From Candidatus Hodarchaeota archaeon (GTDB taxonomy: Archaea > Asgardarchaeota > Heimdallarchaeia > Hodarchaeales > Hodarchaeaceae), in the NCBI GenBank assembly GCA_029856365.1, contig JAHQWW010000109.1:1-12913 (forward strand): 12,913 nt of DNA. The letters are read 5' to 3'. A program made the position numbers and the translations under genes. Position 1 is the stretch's first letter; each line of letters starts with the position of its first letter. Shown piece after piece: positions 1 to 7,626 of this stretch. The notes beneath the pieces are model-generated. The model was not told the DNA's origin, ran no database searches, and saw only the letters and a list, made by a program, of their open reading frames with translations.

Positions 1-213
1 TAAGTGCAAACTAATTATATACAAGCGAGTTCGTCAGATCCTCTCCCCTCGAGAGAAATCATTTTGCAATGGCCTAAGGTGTAAGCGAAAAAAGTACGAT
101 CATAATCGACAATTATATTTAGAAACTGTTAAGTACAACACTCCTATAAGAAGTGTGAATGCGGAGAAAATAAAATTTTAACATCAAATATTCCCATATA
201 TGGGTGAAAAAAA

Positions 214-756
214 GTGTTTGAGAATAACACTAATACAGGTATGATATTTAATATTGCCATTCTTAGTTTTCTCGATAAACCTGTTGATCATATTATTCAA
301 GCTTTTCTCCAAAAATATCCAGATCAAATTGAAAACCGAGAAACCAGCGTTTCATTGAATATGGCCTCAGTTCTTTATGAAACCGATGAAAGTATCATTA
401 AAATAAATCTGATGCAACCTATAAGTCCATATCTAATTGATAAGCTCGCAAAAACATATTATAACGAAAAAGAAGGAGCCATTATTCTATTTTCGAAAAA
501 TAACGAATATTCCTTTAAAGCAGCTAAAACATTTTATAACAAATTAATAATAGAAAATGAGGGATTTCCTATACCTATCGCTTTTGTAGAGTTATTGGAA
601 ACAGATGAATCGAGCCAACTATACATCGATGAACCTGAGACTCTAGAAGATAGTCCGTATGTAGCATATTATGGGATTACTGAAAATGCTGATGGATTTG
701 AATCCATTCTTCGATTTATAATTCAAAAGTATAATGCAGCCCTTAAGAGCTCCTAA
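214..756 (+). CDS. Ras/Rab-fold small-GTPase-like protein lacking G1/G3/G4 motifs (putative pseudo-GTPase)
   Basis: 180 aa ORF with GTG start and GGGTGA upstream at 202-207. Segments line up in order with the Rab scaffold: FNIAIL (beta1), IIKINLM (beta3), KTYYNEKEGAIILFSKNNEYSF (cf. YYRGAxGiilVYDvTxxxSF), PIPIAFV (beta5). No GxxxxGKS/T, DxxG or NKxD. Confidence 0.6.
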   Translation: MFENNTNTGMIFNIAILSFLDKPVDHIIQAFLQKYPDQIENRETSVSLNMASVLYETDESIIKINLMQPISPYLIDKLAKTYYNEKEGAIILFSKNNEYSFKAAKTFYNKLIIENEGFPIPIAFVELLETDESSQLYIDEPETLEDSPYVAYYGITENADGFESILRFIIQKYNAALKSS

Positions 757-1011
757 TTACTTCAAAAAAAATTCTCCATTTAACATTAATTATATAGGTT
801 TTATCCAATGCAAGCTCCTTTTCATGTGTTTTAGAATAAACGACTCCTATTTTCTGTAGATACATTAAAAATTGAACATTCATAATGAGAGTAGCAATAA
901 ACTAACCTCTAGGAAGATAAGAATTACTCAAAATATGAAATTGTCATTTAAACATTTCAAAGGAAAAAATTGTCCATATAAAGATTAAATAAGCCCTTAA
1001 ACGAGTAGAAT

Positions 1012-1800
1012 CTATTTCAAAACCATCGTGGCTCCAATTAAAGCAAAATCTTTTGCAATATTTGACACTTCACGACGCAAACCATTAAGATAGACTTCAT
1101 TACTCCATTGTTTGGGGAAAATCTCCAAGAGGTTGGGTTTGATTCTTCGAACGCCTGGGATATTCTCCTCATATTTGCTATTTGTTGATTCAATTGAGAT
1201 TTCATTCACAAATATCTCATTATAAAATTCGGAAATGAGAACTCTCATAGGAGCAGGAGAATAGTAAAATTCTTCATAATTTTCCGTTGCTTTCTTTAAC
1301 ATAACCAAAGGTTCCTTGAGTGGAAAAACAAGTTGTGTTAATATTCTACCTCGTTCAAAAGCTCGGCGACTTTGGCCTACATAATCCTCTTGAACTTGCA
1401 ACGTATTAAAAGAGAATTCTAGGAGATTCTCACCGGCAATCATGAAATCATAGGGAGGAGGAAACACGAATGGTTCTGTACTGAAATGATTATTGAGCCA
1501 TTTTTCCTCTGGAATGACAAGGCCAGTTAAATACCTCGTGTCTGTAGTAATTGCTTTCTTCCCTACGGAAAATTTAGTCCAATATATCCCTACTCCATAA
1601 AGTAGGATATATGAAATATTAAAAAGAAGTAAACGTGAAAAATCTACAGGAATAAAGATGACACTGGATGTTTCAACGGATTCAATGTCTTGATTTTTAT
1701 AAAGCCATCTCATATCTGTTGGTTTGTCAGGATCAGAAAAGGAAATCCAATCTGAAATTACGATTAAAGATCTTAACATTCCTAAGGGTTTCTGTTTCAT
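1012..1800 (-). CDS. Hypothetical protein (262 aa)
   Basis: A 789-nt ATG-initiated ORF in AT-rich DNA is unlikely by chance. One hydrophobic stretch (LLLFNISYILLYGVGIYW); no motif recognised. Confidence 0.75.
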   Translation of the reverse strand: MKQKPLGMLRSLIVISDWISFSDPDKPTDMRWLYKNQDIESVETSSVIFIPVDFSRLLLFNISYILLYGVGIYWTKFSVGKKAITTDTRYLTGLVIPEEKWLNNHFSTEPFVFPPPYDFMIAGENLLEFSFNTLQVQEDYVGQSRRAFERGRILTQLVFPLKEPLVMLKKATENYEEFYYSPAPMRVLISEFYNEIFVNEISIESTNSKYEENIPGVRRIKPNLLEIFPKQWSNEVYLNGLRREVSNIAKDFALIGATMVLK

Positions 1801-1925
1801 TTTAACCCAGCCTTTTATACATCTAGATCAAGATAGTAACTCTGTATTGTATAGATTAGCTTTATCATATATAATTTAATTTTTACAAATTGTGAAAACA
1901 TATGTATTAAAGATTTTTCCATTGA

Positions 1926-2835
1926 TTACATTGTATAATTAATTATTGTTTGTATCATTCGACAAGCTGAGTACTCAGGAGTAGATGAATAAGATGAGCA
2001 ATTTTTACATTTATACACTTTTTCAACTTGTGTTTTAATCGATTTTTCTCTTTGAATTGATGAAACTATGTTGTAAAGGATATGGGGATCTTTTTTATCC
2101 ATTTTAATTAGGAAAGGGGCAATTTCAGAACGTAGGGATCTATGAGTAAAAGCACATTGGATTTTCAAAATAGGTAATTGGTGAATTTTAGAATTATTAC
2201 GGATTGTCTTTTCAGAAATTTCCGACAGAGGTTTAATTCTCAATAGCAATGATTTTCTATCAGCTGGTTTATACTCAATCTTGTCACGATAATTTTTCCA
2301 TAGATTGCCTCGAATTATATTGAGAAGTATTGTTTCCGCCTCATCTTCTAGAGTATTTCCCATTGCAATAAAATCAGCTTTGATATCCAAAGCCAAGCTC
2401 ATCATGCCATGACGGCGTAATACGCCACAAATAGCACACGGTGTAAATCCTAATCCCCGTTTATTTGATTCTTGAACCAAACTAGGTAGAGAGTAATCGA
2501 GATAATCGAGAATGAGATTTCTGAATAAAATTTATATCAGGATAATTCTGTTCAAGTTGCTTAATGACCTTTTTTCTAGCCAACTGCACTTCAGGTATCT
2601 CTTCTTCAAGGATAATAGCAGCTAACCTAGTTATTCTGAGTTTTTGCTGATATTTATGGAGAACATGAAGCATTGTGGTGCTATCTTTACTCCCTGATAA
2701 TGCAATAACAATAGGGTGGCCTCGGACACATCTTGGAATCTGGTTTAGAATTCTTTTCTCAAACTTTCGAGAGAAGCAAAAGTATTGAGGGGATTTTAAT
2801 TTGCCAAGTAAACCACAGCTACACTGATAACTCAT
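1926..2835 (-). pseudogene. ttuA: TtuA/Ncs6/TtcA-family PP-loop tRNA 2-thiolation protein, split by a frameshift near 2500
   Basis: The 5' ORF (2482-2835) has the PP-loop ALSGSKDS (canonical SGGKDS). The 3' ORF (1926-2480) has PCAICGVLRR, GNTLEDEAETILLNIIRG (canonical GHNLDDxAxT), RIKPL and a C-terminal CKNC. The halves are collinear and offset by 1 nt. Confidence 0.8.
2494..2511. repeat. 9-bp tandem repeat (TAATCGAGA x2) at the ttuA frameshift
   Basis: taatcgaga at 2494-2502 and 2503-2511. Confidence 0.9.
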
Positions 2836-2837
2836 CT

Positions 2838-2843
2838 AAAAAA
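2838..2843 (-). terminator. Oligo-T (T6) archaeal-type terminator after the sRNA candidate
   Basis: aaaaaa at 2838-2843 on + reads TTTTTT on -, 5 nt after box D. Confidence 0.4.
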
Positions 2844-2920
2844 GGAGGTCAGTTGCCAGTTCTCATCATTTCCCTATTAATAATAACAAGGATCGGTCGG
2901 TAAAACCTTCGTCATGCCAC
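2838..2920 (-). ncRNA. Candidate box C/D guide sRNA
   Basis: Minus strand: box C ATGACGA (2915-2909); 12-nt guide AGGTTTTACCGA; D' CCGA (2896-2893); 9-bp hairpin TCCTTGTTA-TTAT-TAATAGGGA (2892-2871); C' ATGATGA (2869-2863); 10-nt guide GAACTGGCAA; D CTGA (2852-2849); short GG/CC terminal pairing; T6 run. Confidence 0.7.
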
Positions 2921-2940
2921 TAACAAACTAAATTTTCTAC

Positions 2941-2961
2941 TTATTTAATGATTATCATTAA
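2941..2961 (-). promoter_or_regulatory. TATA-like box overlapped by an 8-1-8 palindrome (putative regulator site)
   Basis: Minus-strand TTAAATAA (2948-2941) lies about 21-28 nt upstream of the predicted sRNA 5' end. Perfect inverted repeat TTAATGAT-T-ATCATTAA at 2945-2961. Confidence 0.45.
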
Positions 2962-3029
2962 GACCCATGAGATGTTGCCTCATCGATTTAATGTATTCTT
3001 AAACATGAAAAGACCAATACGACATTTTT

Positions 3030-3070
3030 TGGGACTGTGGTCTCTTTCAAAGAGACTATCTGTACTCCCA
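3030..3070. repeat. Inverted repeat / stem-loop downstream of the HEAT gene
   Basis: GTCTCTTT-C-AAAGAGAC (3040-3056) nested in TGGGA...TCCCA (3030-3034 / 3066-3070). Confidence 0.7.
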
Positions 3071-3092
3071 CTTTGCAGTGAGAAAATTATTT

Positions 3093-6000
3093 CTATGGAA
3101 TTTTATGACTAAGTTCTAAGATTTTGGCTTTTTTCTCTAGCCTTCTCGCCTCACTATCATTCCCTAAATCATTCATACATTCAAACCAGATTTGATATAT
3201 CCTGGGATCTGATGGGCTGATTTGTTGGGCCTTTTTTAAAATTTGAATGGTTTTTTCAGGTTCTCTCTGATCTAAGAACATTAATGCAATTGCTAGTATA
3301 CTATTTAATTCTAAAGGATTAATGGTAATAACTTTCTCAAACATTTGCTTTGCTTTAATGTAATCCTCCATTTGATTGTAAATAAACCCCAAGGCATGAT
3401 AAACCTCTGGAGATTGGGGATAATTCTCAATAATAGGGAGAAATATTTTTAAATTATCTTTAAGAAAAAAAGCTGCTTCTTTTCTCACATTTACATTTGG
3501 ATTAGACAGTAAATCGAGAATCTTCCTTGTAATTGGTGAATATCTCGTATACGATAAGTTAATCCTTGTATCCAATAGCTGCCAAACTTGATTGCGAACA
3601 AGTGGATTCTGATCCTCCATTTTGTTAATAATTTGATTGAAAATAGTTTCATACTTCAAGTCTTTAATGTTAATACATGATAATAAAAGAGAAATAGCTT
3701 TAGCACGAGTATCATCATATATACTATTGAGAGAGTCTGTGATGACTGATAATATTTTTGGATCCAATTCATTGGTTTTAAGTAAATTATTTTGAATGAT
3801 ATTCCAAGAAATGGTTCGTATTTTAAAGGAATTGTCGTTAATGGAAGTAATTATGGCTTCTTTAATCCTGTTAAATTGTAAAGCTGAAAGATCAACGCGT
3901 TTATCGATTTCTAACAATAAACGAATGCGAATTGATTCCTGCTGACGACGCATGAGGTTAACGATTTGTAAAGGTGTACTTAATCCGATATCACTTTTGA
4001 AAATTTCCATGAATCCAAATTTATCAATGCCCTGCTTGATTTGATTCAATATTCCCTCTTGAAACTTGATCTTTATTTCATCTAAGTGGGGATGATTGAT
4101 TTTTTGGATGAAATCAAATTTATTTTCAAGATTTAACCACTTTTCTAATCGTTTATCATCATTGGTACTATCAAAGAGAAACTCCTCTATATTAAACTCT
4201 AGAAGGTCTTTCTCTAGGCTTTCAAATAAAGCATCGATTGACTGAGAGGATGTTTGGGAAGAGTCTTTGCTTTTAACTATGGGGTCAGTTAATAGATTAA
4301 TAATTATTTTTTGGAAATCCATTTCTTCTAGTGTTTTTCCACTATCTTTAATAAGAAAATGTATTAGAAATGGAATGAGCATCTCTTGCACATCCCATTG
4401 TCCTTCTTCAATTAATTGGGAGATTATTTGTGGTTCAAGAAAATTAAACAACTTTTGACTCATGAAAACGCTTAAAATTCTCTTTTTTAACTCCCTAGAA
4501 ATATTCTGTTTAGAAAGTATCTGAATAAATTGATCTCGAAGAAGATCATTGTCATTTATTATATTATAATTCTGATAAGTTTCACAGACAAACACGGCTA
4601 TTTTAGAATCAAGGTCTTCAAGATTTTCGGAAAGTTGAGAGATATACGCTGAGGTATAAGAAAAAACTTCATTATACTTAGTTACCAATTCCCATGCACT
4701 AGAAAGCACATTGGAGTCTTTATCCTCCAAAAGGGATGTGAAACTCATGAGTACAATTTTCTGATTAGGCCTCCAAAATTCAATGTCTTCATGTAAAAAT
4801 TCACAAGCATCAAATCGCACTTCTGGATTAGGATGACTAAATAATGTGATCAATTCAGAAATAAAGGTCTGATGATGGGTATCTGATAGTTGTGTTTTCT
4901 GTAACATCAACCAAGTCTTTTCCCGCACATTACGGTTTCTGTCACTAAGTAATTTAATAAGACAGTTAAAAATAGTTGGAAAATGTTTATCGTAATAAGG
5001 ATTATTTAAGAAACTGAGAAGGTTCTTTAGGGCCACATCACGAACCAACCATTTTGGATCTTCTAAAAGCCAGACGATTTTCTTAAACATATCCTCCTTC
5101 CTCTCCTTAAATGCATTGAATCGTTTAGATATAATATTACAAGCGGTTCTCCTGACTTGTTCATGTAAATCAGTTGTTAGATAGCTGATTTTTATCAGTA
5201 CGTTGTTGAATTTGACTTTATCTAAATCTAAATTTTGATTTAGTGATGTAGCAGCACTTTCTCTCACCTCCCAATTAGGGTCATCAAGGGCCGCCATTAG
5301 ACTTTCCAAAATAATTTTATTTCTCTGTTCCTTTAAGGATTGTAGAACTGGTAGTGTTTCACAGATATTCTTTCTCACACGCCATTCTGGATGCCAAAAT
5401 AGGCCAATAACCTTATCCCAGGTTCTTTGATCGTCTAAAAAACCATGTGTAACCATACTCTTTAGAGCGATTTTCTGAACACGCCAAGATGGATCAGATA
5501 ACCTACATTCCAAAATTTTCCCGATATTATTTCTATATTGATCAAAATTTAATATTTGATTCAATATTTCACATGTTAATCTACGAACTTCACGATTCTC
5601 ATCGTTAGATAATATTGAAAAAACATCAATTACTTGTTGAGAAAAAAAATCTGGATTATTCCAGAAAATTATGCAAATAGCTTTCTTCACGTCACTGCCC
5701 TGATTAACTACGGTATCCAGAATCCCAGTTAAAACTTCAGGGAATTTTTCACAAAGATCTTTTAAGATAAAAATGAGAAATCCTTGCGCATAACTTGCAT
5801 TGCTAGTTAAAATTTTTATTAATGTATCAGTCCTAGATTCAATGAAAGGTAATAAAAAAAATAATTTTGTGCAACGAAACCAGAAATCCTGTTTTGTTTC
5901 CTTTTGACTAAATACTTCAGTCAGTAATTCAATAAGATCCTCTTTAGACTCTGAAGAATATTCAATGAAGAAGCTCAGAATTTCTTCAGCCTTATTTCGA

Positions 6001-6155
6001 ATATAATGATTTTCATGATTTAATAAATTAAAAACTTTATTTATAATTTCTTTATCTGCTAAAAGAGATTCATTAACGATACAGAAATCAAGCGCTCTTA
6101 ATTGCTTGTCAAAGGATTCATTTGTCAATCCTGTTAAAATCGTCTCTAATTCCAA
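3093..6155 (-). CDS. Large HEAT-repeat alpha-solenoid protein with about 3 C-terminal TPRs (1020 aa)
   Basis: Recurring HEAT signatures at about 39-aa spacing: LSNDENREVRR, LSDPSWRVQK, WHPEWRVRK, LDDPNWEVRE, DLHEQVRR, LEDPKWLVRD, LSDRNRNVRE, HPNPEVRF, EDQNPLVRN, LSNPNVNVRK. The C-terminus (about 3093-3415) is TPR-like (PEVYHALGFIYNQMEDYIKAKQMFEKVITINP). TTG start. Confidence 0.88.
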   Translation of the reverse strand: MELETILTGLTNESFDKQLRALDFCIVNESLLADKEIINKVFNLLNHENHYIRNKAEEILSFFIEYSSESKEDLIELLTEVFSQKETKQDFWFRCTKLFFLLPFIESRTDTLIKILTSNASYAQGFLIFILKDLCEKFPEVLTGILDTVVNQGSDVKKAICIIFWNNPDFFSQQVIDVFSILSNDENREVRRLTCEILNQILNFDQYRNNIGKILECRLSDPSWRVQKIALKSMVTHGFLDDQRTWDKVIGLFWHPEWRVRKNICETLPVLQSLKEQRNKIILESLMAALDDPNWEVRESAATSLNQNLDLDKVKFNNVLIKISYLTTDLHEQVRRTACNIISKRFNAFKERKEDMFKKIVWLLEDPKWLVRDVALKNLLSFLNNPYYDKHFPTIFNCLIKLLSDRNRNVREKTWLMLQKTQLSDTHHQTFISELITLFSHPNPEVRFDACEFLHEDIEFWRPNQKIVLMSFTSLLEDKDSNVLSSAWELVTKYNEVFSYTSAYISQLSENLEDLDSKIAVFVCETYQNYNIINDNDLLRDQFIQILSKQNISRELKKRILSVFMSQKLFNFLEPQIISQLIEEGQWDVQEMLIPFLIHFLIKDSGKTLEEMDFQKIIINLLTDPIVKSKDSSQTSSQSIDALFESLEKDLLEFNIEEFLFDSTNDDKRLEKWLNLENKFDFIQKINHPHLDEIKIKFQEGILNQIKQGIDKFGFMEIFKSDIGLSTPLQIVNLMRRQQESIRIRLLLEIDKRVDLSALQFNRIKEAIITSINDNSFKIRTISWNIIQNNLLKTNELDPKILSVITDSLNSIYDDTRAKAISLLLSCINIKDLKYETIFNQIINKMEDQNPLVRNQVWQLLDTRINLSYTRYSPITRKILDLLSNPNVNVRKEAAFFLKDNLKIFLPIIENYPQSPEVYHALGFIYNQMEDYIKAKQMFEKVITINPLELNSILAIALMFLDQREPEKTIQILKKAQQISPSDPRIYQIWFECMNDLGNDSEARRLEKKAKILELSHKIP

Positions 6156-6205
6156 TATCCTTAATTCCTTTACTTTTGTCGAATATTAAATGAAGAAATT
6201 CTTTC

Positions 6206-7135
6206 TTATTTAAATAAACTAATTTGATTAGATATGGAAATTATTTGATCGTAAATTGTAGATGTTTCTTCTTGAAGCAATTTTTCCGTCTCATTTGAAA
6301 TTAGGATCAGTGTTGCTAATCCATTTTCTAAAAAATCGGCAAAACATATTTGATCTATAACTTCAGTAGAAAAAAACCTTTTATGGTTTCCTCCATTATT
6401 AGTTAAACGTTGAACAGATGATTCAAATAATTTCTTTATTTGGATTGAAGATAATTTGGGTGGATTATCTTTATTTTCATTTACATATAATAAAATACCC
6501 TCCTTTGTCATAATCTGGACATGATTGACTATATTGGGAAGACTTTGAATGAATTCATCTGATATTGAGCATAAATCAGCTTCAATGTCCAAGATTTCAG
6601 CAAAAATTTTTCCAATGACCATATAAATTGACTCAGAAAATACTGATGTTTTGTGAAACTGTAAATCTTTTGAAATTTCTGAACAAAAGTAACTCGTGAT
6701 ATATTCAAAGACATTATCAATTAATCTTTCAGGGAGAAGATCCATTTTATGGAGAAAAATGTGAACATTTGCCTTCGGACTGAATTGGTCGAGTTTTTCT
6801 AATGAGAGTTCTAGATAGTACTTCGCTCGAGAAAGGTCTACTACTTGAAGAGGCTCCAGAACGAAAATAAACACATCAACATCACTAAAAACAAACTCTG
6901 AAAGATCTCCTGTAAAACGATCCAAAAAACGCGTCTGTCCACCTAAATCAAATATATTTAATTCCGTACCACAAAGCATCTTTCTTTTTCTTTGATAATT
7001 AATTGTAGCGTCATATTTTCCCCCGAGTTGAGGAATTGTACCCTCAATAACACTGCTAATAATGGTAGACTTTCCTGACTCTGCTAAACCTAGAAAAACG
7101 ATCTTTTTACTTGGGATTTGGTGTTGAGAAGACAT
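6206..7135 (-). CDS. Gtr1/RagA-like small GTPase with a C-terminal roadblock/longin-like domain
   Basis: G1 GLAESGKS, G2 ATINY, G3 DLGGQ, G4 HKMD and G5 TSVF. HKMD and TS[IV] are typical of Rag/Gtr GTPases. The roughly 125-aa tail has a roadblock-like pattern (VNHVQIMTKEGILLY). Confidence 0.85.
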   Translation of the reverse strand: MSSQHQIPSKKIVFLGLAESGKSTIISSVIEGTIPQLGGKYDATINYQRKRKMLCGTELNIFDLGGQTRFLDRFTGDLSEFVFSDVDVFIFVLEPLQVVDLSRAKYYLELSLEKLDQFSPKANVHIFLHKMDLLPERLIDNVFEYITSYFCSEISKDLQFHKTSVFSESIYMVIGKIFAEILDIEADLCSISDEFIQSLPNIVNHVQIMTKEGILLYVNENKDNPPKLSSIQIKKLFESSVQRLTNNGGNHKRFFSTEVIDQICFADFLENGLATLILISNETEKLLQEETSTIYDQIISISNQISLFK

Positions 7136-7626
7136 TTTGTATAATCATTTTGAATGAGATTAATAACATTAACCAATCTCAAATTATTAGGTGGCTAAAA
7201 GAAAAGCTAAATTATAAGACAAAATTCACTTTATTGATCAATAGGAGGTGAAAACTGTCTATTAACTAGTTTTGTAAGATATAATTAAAATTATAAAAAG
7301 AAAAAAATAATCAATAATTTTGTAAGTAAAATAATTGAATTTAGGGACAGATTATCTAGAATTCTTCTTAAAATCTTAAGCCTTAGCTATCCCAGCGAAT
7401 ATACGTATATTATTATAACAAGGATTCTGTTTCAATTCATTAAATCCTAATATATTAACTAATATCTGTTTTAAAAACCAGATACTTAATAATGGTGAAC
7501 GGTTTGGGTAATATTTGGTTGTATTTTTACTTTTTTATAAGCCTATTCCATATTCCTTCAAAGAAATCATTTTTCTTCAGTTTATCTCCTATTTTAAGAT
7601 CCCTGAGAATTTCGGAGAGGTAATTT

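Noticed and set aside
743-883. 46-codon minus-strand ORF (MNVQFLMYLQ...)
   Set aside because: Short, has no motif and overlaps the end of the convergent gene; cannot be supported.
2482-2484. Amber read-through (pyrrolysine) joining the ttuA halves
   Set aside because: The downstream half is in a different frame, so read-through cannot fuse them.
2844-2880. Fluoride or other known riboswitch upstream of ttuA
   Set aside because: The consensus motifs are not matched; the C/D box arrangement explains the sequence better.
3030-3070. Hairpin as a SECIS element
   Set aside because: No clear SECIS core motif, and no in-frame TGA in the upstream gene. The ttuA break is a frameshift ending in TAG, not a TGA.
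4267-4458. 63-aa + strand ORF
   Set aside because: Antisense shadow inside the HEAT gene.
6529-6720. 63-aa alternate-frame ORF
   Set aside because: Lies within the GTPase CDS and has no motif.
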